The notes under the pieces are model-generated. The model did no database searches and was not told where the DNA came from. It saw nothing but the letters and a program-made list of their open reading frames with translations. A program made the translations under genes and the position numbers. Shown piece by piece: positions 58,452 to 64,000 of a stretch of 64,000 nt of DNA; positions within the stretch are counted from its first letter, which is position 1; each line of letters begins with the position of its first letter. This DNA is from Methanobacteriota archaeon (GTDB lineage: Archaea > Thermoplasmatota > Thermoplasmata > SG8-5 > DAIRED01). The DNA lies in the NCBI GenBank assembly GCA_043799545.1, contig JAZDNO010000004.1, forward strand, positions 32,001 to 96,000. The letters are read 5' to 3'.

Positions 58452-58543
58452 GTCGATACCTAATAAGTGGTTGGGGGTATTTCACGGCTTCGGTTGAGTG
58501 GAGGCGTAATCTGGCCGGCGCCTGGTATGGACGATTGGAGCCG

Positions 58544-61500
58544 TTACACGATCACGTCGTACGTTATCGCCCCGCCCCCTGAGTAGACCCAGAAACCACT
58601 CGCGTAGTAAATCCGCATCGCTTCGTTGTTGTAGCCCAGGCCAGCGTTCCAGAGGCCGAACCACGCGTCGTAGATGCACGTGTCGTAAGTCTGCGTGGAT
58701 GGCAGCCAGACAGCTCCGGACGAGAGCGCGACGCCTCCGGTGAGGTAGTCTACGCCCGCGTTCGAGTCCGCGATTCCGCCAGGCTGGTCGTACCAGGCGT
58801 AGTGGACGCCGGCCTGCCAGCTTCCCCCCGTCCAGAAAATGCTGCCCTGGAAGCCGTGTCCCGTGTTCCCGATCGGGTCGACGAGGATTGGTGCGGTCAC
58901 GCCCCAGTTGAAGACGGCGCTGACCTCGTTCATGCCCGTGCTGACCAGCGTCCAGCCGTTGTTCAGGACGACGGTATTTACACCTGCGACGATTCCGACG
59001 CCCGGGTCGTTCGGCAACGTTATGTCAATTCCTGGTATGTAGACGCGCGGTATCGCAGCGTCGACGTAGACCCAGTAAGCGTAATCGTTCCCTATCGGAA
59101 AGTTCGGGCCGCCGACCCCGTAGGTGTATGTGTCGTAGCTGATGGTGGAAGGCTGGCCGTTCGTGAGCCTTGCCATCACTATGGAAGATGCTGGGCTGCC
59201 GTACAGGAGGTTCGCGTCCTGTATGCGCTGGCAGGCGACAGAGGCAGTGAAGGCGCCCATGCCAGTGTCTGCGAAGTCCTTGGTCATGGAAACGATGTTC
59301 CAGCCAGCCGCGAGCTGCCACATCAGGCCGCCGGTGAGGACTCTGATGTGCGTGTTGTCGGCCACGGTGGATGCCGCGTACGGGGCCAGCCACGTCGCCG
59401 GGTCTATCAGCGACGCGTCGCCGTTCCAGGTGTCGTTGACCCAGACGACCCAGGGATGCCATATGGCGTAATAAAGCTGGATTGTGCGGTTGTAGTACCC
59501 GTCGCTCCCGCCCAGCGGGTCGTCTCCGGGATTGAACGGTGAAGATGTGCCGCCGACTCCGTCGAGCGTTATCGTCGTCGGGTTCGCGCCGCCCCCAGAG
59601 CGTCACGAACGGGTGCGTGTCGTTGCTCCATATCCGCAACTGGCCGTAGTAGCCGGGGCAAACTATTGAACGGTTGTCCCGCACCGCGGCCTCGACATTG
59701 ACGAGCATTCCGGGCGTCACCACGTTGACGCCGATGATGGCCATCGTCGTCCAGTCTGGCACCCAGGTCACGGTCAGGTTGTACGGGATTCCGTAAGTCA
59801 CGTTGCAACCGGCCTTATCGGTATTCAGAACAATGATGGTCTGGTTCCAGCCCGTCCAGCCCGCCGCGTCGGTAGCCTGCACAAAGAACTGGTTCCCCCA
59901 GACCAGCTCGTCCTCCGGCTGCACTGTGAAAACGTAGTTCCCCGCCGGGTCGGTGTTCTGCGGCCCGTAGGTCAGGAAGGCGCCGGTCGCGTTGTACGTC
60001 TGCGCGATGACTGCCGCACCCGCCCTGGCTCTCGGATTGTAGCCTGCGCCGATGCTCCCGTTGTACAGGAACGCCCGCCCGTACAGCGTGTACGGGGCGT
60101 TCGGCGACACGTTCGCGGCGAAGTTCACGGTCCTCGGCGACGCCATCGTCGTGAGGTTGGCGGCGCTGGTGCAGTTGACGTAATAAGTGACAGTCGTCGG
60201 GCTACTCTCCGTGAAGTTCGCCTCGAAATAATTGTTGTACGAGCCGTTCCAGAACGAGATGTTTGTCATCGGCTGCCTATGCCAGGCGGACTCCGTCGCG
60301 TTCTTCCAGAACAGGGTGGCGTTCGCGCAGGCGGATTCGTTGTCGTAGTAGCGGGCGCGGACGGTGGCTTTATGGTTGAGGGCGAGAGTGGAGTTGTCTG
60401 GGGGAGTTGGGGGCGAGACGTAGGACACGGTCGGCGGGGTGGCGTCGGATGGGAAGTCGGGGAAGCGTTTGTAGTAGATTTCAGGGTTGCCATCGCGGTT
60501 ATCACCAAAAACCAAATGCTTATTCGTTCCTGAATTTTTTATTTTCCCTCCTCCAGAGCCAAATCCATCATCAGAGGTCAATTGAAGTTCTGAATCCCAA
60601 CTTGCACCACCATCGGTTGAATTAATGTAATAAACTTCGTTAGTGACTCCGTTTCTACCATCATCCCAGACCACATGAACTTCATCACCATTAGCATCTA
60701 TCGAAGGATTAACAGCATACCCAGAATTAACGAGCATTTTTATTGGGTTCCAACTAAGACCATTATCAGTGGAATTACGGTAATAAATATAATAATAAGG
60801 TCCAGGAAAAACTTCATCCACCCAGACTACATGAATTGCTGAGCCATTCACACCGACTTGGGGAGACATATGGGTACTAGTGATATTTGTCGTCAAGAGG
60901 CGGTCTAGTCCTACATTTTCTTGGCCGTCTTGCCATGTAACTCCGTTATCTTTGGACATCTTGTAAAAAATCTCAAAAGAACCCGTTCGTGAATCAGCCC
61001 AAACCAAATGGAGATTGGAATAATTCAGGGCTATATCGTGGCCAGCAGACGCATAAAGCGAATTCGTCAACCGTTGTTCACCCTCCCAAGTTATACCCCC
61101 ATCAAGGCTTCGATTAAAGTAGATTTCTGTATTTGCTGGAACTGATTCAGCACCGTGTCTTGAATCAACCCAGATTACATGGATGTTCTGACCGTCCTCA
61201 CTCATAGCAATTTTTGGATCTTGTGAGTTAAAGCCATCGTTTGCAGAAATCCTCTTTTCGGAATCCCAAGTATCGCCCCCATCAGTCGAGTTTCGGTAGA
61301 ATATTTCCCAGGCAGGGGTTTTCCAATCTTCCCAGACTATAGACACATTGTTCCATGCCATGGAAATATCAGAGTTCCTAGCACTTACCCCACTATTAGA
61401 TACCTTAAACGCTGTACCCCATGTTGTTCCATCATTATCAGATTTCATATGAAAAATTTCGTAATTCCCGATGTTTCGTGTCCAACTTAAATGGACATTC

Positions 61501-61700
61501 GAACCCGCTACCACGATGTTTGCACTCGAATCAGTTATTGCATTATTCGTTAACCGGATATCATCTGTCCATCCCGCAGGAACCCCTGCAATTCTATCAT
61601 CGGGCGAGCCAGCGGATTGGCCGAACGGAGCGTTGACGGCCATAACTAACACGGCCTCGACAACTAGGGAAACAACCAGCCGATGCCCTGCCTTCATCAT
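58544..61700 (-). pseudogene. Large surface protein (BNR/sialidase-like repeats plus Ig-like domains) split by a 1-nt frameshift at a G5 run (59592-59596)
   Basis: Frame 1 turns to nonsense after ...PFVTLW; the other frame continues GGANPTTITLDG...LAAGWNIVS to the stop at 58544; repeated EIFY..S.DGG.TW units. Confidence 0.75.
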
Positions 61701-61815
61701 TCCAATATATAGAATCCCTTGCTAATAACGCTTTCGCACGCACTTTCGGCTACCCCCCGACTACGAATTTATATAATTGTTCGTCAGTCCCGTGTTCAAA
61801 GGTAGGGGGAAACGC

Positions 61816-64000
61816 ATGAGTTCCGAAGGCAGAAGGAGAAAGTTAGCCGCCGCAATAGCTGCGTTGTTGACCATCCTGGCCGCCCAATCCGCGGTCGCCG
61901 AATATGACACAGGGGACGACATGGACATCTTCATTGACTCACTAGGAAACAAGAACATGGTCTGGCGCGAATCGGTGAACGGGACATATCAGGTGTTCTA
62001 CGGGTACGAAATAGTAGATACAATTTACGACCAGAATAACGATTCCTATGTAAATCAGACCATAAACGCCAACATAGTCTTTGATGACGGCTATCTAACA
62101 CTCCAGAATTGCATAATCAACGGCAATATCAAGACAACTAGAGCGCAAGTGGTCATAGAGAACTGCGAAATCTATGGCAACGTCAACCACAAGCTCGGAA
62201 GCCTCGTCATCGAATCCTCGAACGTCAGCGGCAACGTTGATGTGGAAAATTCTGATTTGGAGCTAAGAACCAGCTACGTCAACGGCAACGTGAAAGCCAA
62301 GACGAACACAGACGAAAGTTACTCGACCATCGTTACTGGCAACACAGTCAACGGCAATGTCGATTTGAAAAGCGGAATATGCTACGTCGTCGGGAACACG
62401 ATTGATGGCAATCTGAAAGTCAAAGAGCCAGCAATCATTCAGGAAGTCAGCGACAACATTGTAAGCGGGAACACGCAGTTAACAAATAACACCAGCGGCT
62501 TCGATGGCTACCAGATAACGAACTCGACGCTGGACGTGATGTACCCGCAGGTTGCGATAGATTCGGCTTCGGGCATGGCCTACGCGCTATGGGTCGTTAA
62601 TAGCAACAGAACCCTCGAATTCTGGTACGCGGTCAGCCCCGACACGATATTCTGGCTTGAGGCTCATTATGCCGGGACACTGAACTACGCCGCAGGAAAT
62701 CCAGAACTCGATTTCGAGACTATAAACGGTACTCTCTACGTTACCTGGCTGAACGGCGGAGAGTTGACGATTGCACCGGATTACAACGCGCCGCCAGATC
62801 TGCAAATCGTCGGCATCTCGGCGGACAAGCCAGTTGTTTATCTGAATAGCCCTGTAACCATCACGTTGGAGATGGGCAACGCTGGCAACGGTTCCGCGCT
62901 ATACACCGTCGTCAATGTAACGGACATCGGTGGAGAGAATGAAACCTTGATTGATTCGTCGGAAATCGGGATACTCCGGCCCGGAACGGAGAACGTTTAC
63001 CAGTTCAACTGGACGCCCGTAAAAACGGGTATCCATTACCTCAAGGTCGAGATGCTTGCAAATCATATAGAGCATCATTCCCCTGCGGCGCTCGTAGAAA
63101 GTCCGCCAACGATAATGAGCTTCGGATTTCCCGTGTCCATGGTAGCAGAGGAGAAAATCATTTGGTATGGTGGCCACATTGTGCCTAATGGTATCATAGA
63201 TGAATTTCCAGGCATCAATCCAACTTGGGGAGGAAGATATAACAGCACAGAAATCGTAATACCAGAGGATGACCCAGGCAACCTCGTCATCCAGTCTGGC
63301 GGTACTCTCATCTTCAACGACAACGTTACTTTTGTTATCGAGCAGCCCACTGGCCCTGGCGGTTGGCCCACAACCAAAAATGAAATCACCATCCAATCCG
63401 GCGCCTCCTTCATCATCGACAGCCCCCTTCGTACCACGACCATCCAGTCCCCCTCTTTAGACCCATATTACACCTACCCCTTCCTAAACTCCGGCGTCGT
63501 GGACTTTCTAGGCGCGAACGTAACATACACCTACGGCGACACGACGGACCTCTCCAAGTTCGGCGGAATCCAGAACAAGCCGGGGAGCGTGTGCAACCTG
63601 ACGGACTGCCGCGTGGAGTTCGCGGACACCCATAGCGTCATCGCCAACAACTCCGACATGCGGCTCGACGGTCCTGGAACCCTTGTTGGAAAAGGGAACA
63701 AGAACCCGCCGTATCCGAAGGGCGCCGGGATTACCATCAAAGGCGATGCGGGCGTTGTGGTCGATGGCGTCACGGTGGGGTGCAACGAGGGCTACGGGAT
63801 AAAGTGCGTGGATACCGTGAGTGGCACGAGGATTAGGGACAGGTTTTCCGACGGCTCGGCCTCGAAAGTTCTCACGTATTACGGCCAGGGAAGCCAGACC
63901 ATAAGCGTTTCTCTGCCTAAGGACGCATCAGTTGGCCCATCCTGTCTCAGTTTTGAGGGGGAATACAGGACACTGGCCGGCTCCGAAGATATGTATCCGG
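61816..64000 (+). CDS. Large secreted protein (signal peptide, beta-helix-like region, CARDB/Ig-like domain); 3'-truncated by the window edge
   Basis: ATG at 61816; RRRKLAAAIAALLTILAAQSAVA signal; PDLQIVGIS...NAGN CARDB-like; spot-checked open to the end; absent from the ORF track because it has no stop. Confidence 0.8.
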   Translation, partial: MSSEGRRRKLAAAIAALLTILAAQSAVAEYDTGDDMDIFIDSLGNKNMVWRESVNGTYQVFYGYEIVDTIYDQNNDSYVNQTINANIVFDDGYLTLQNCIINGNIKTTRAQVVIENCEIYGNVNHKLGSLVIESSNVSGNVDVENSDLELRTSYVNGNVKAKTNTDESYSTIVTGNTVNGNVDLKSGICYVVGNTIDGNLKVKEPAIIQEVSDNIVSGNTQLTNNTSGFDGYQITNSTLDVMYPQVAIDSASGMAYALWVVNSNRTLEFWYAVSPDTIFWLEAHYAGTLNYAAGNPELDFETINGTLYVTWLNGGELTIAPDYNAPPDLQIVGISADKPVVYLNSPVTITLEMGNAGNGSALYTVVNVTDIGGENETLIDSSEIGILRPGTENVYQFNWTPVKTGIHYLKVEMLANHIEHHSPAALVESPPTIMSFGFPVSMVAEEKIIWYGGHIVPNGIIDEFPGINPTWGGRYNSTEIVIPEDDPGNLVIQSGGTLIFNDNVTFVIEQPTGPGGWPTTKNEITIQSGASFIIDSPLRTTTIQSPSLDPYYTYPFLNSGVVDFLGANVTYTYGDTTDLSKFGGIQNKPGSVCNLTDCRVEFADTHSVIANNSDMRLDGPGTLVGKGNKNPPYPKGAGITIKGDAGVVVDGVTVGCNEGYGIKCVDTVSGTRIRDRFSDGSASKVLTYYGQGSQTISVSLPKDASVGPSCLSFEGEYRTLAGSEDMYP

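Noticed and set aside
1-64000. CRISPR array or cas genes
   Set aside because: No regularly spaced repeats; repeats found are coding duplications or transposon ends
47882-64000. Diversity-generating retroelement acting on surface proteins
   Set aside because: No reverse transcriptase and no template/variable repeat pair noticed

Overview
GC-rich chromosomal segment of an archaeon, most likely an uncultured Thermoplasmata (archaeal RpS12/RpS7/EF-2 with the diphthamide His, archease, Rab-like GTPase, giant C-terminally anchored surface proteins; taxonomy inferred, not searched). The first ~31 kb is mostly housekeeping and metabolic: tRNA-Leu(TAG), mtnP, nadX, queE, lsrF-like gene plus dehydrogenase, catalase, leuC/D-like, rps12-rps7-fusA, a JAMM protease, STAND-TPR proteins, rsgA and several unannotated Zn-ribbon microproteins. 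From ~31 to 62 kb a long minus-strand cluster holds five ChlI/BchI-type AAA+ modules in four unusual genes: a stand-alone ChlI, a Zn-ribbon/4TM/coiled-coil/ChlI fusion, a Walker-B-degenerate ChlI, and an order-reversed vWA-AAA-AAA ChlD-like protein. These are interleaved with membrane-anchored secreted proteins, ppdK and giant surface proteins, and no ChlH/CobN subunit is present in the window. The cluster is split by an 8,333-bp AT-rich IS6-family cargo transposon (38498-46830) with 13-bp perfect TIRs (GGTTCTGTTGCGT), an 8-bp TSD (GCTATTAA) and a single central SWIM-DDE transposase. Its cargo is a ParB operon, a wHTH plus TGT-like TIM-barrel pair, an AbrB-type regulator and an APH-like kinase. 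No CRISPR array or rRNA was seen. All family assignments are by-eye motif recognition.
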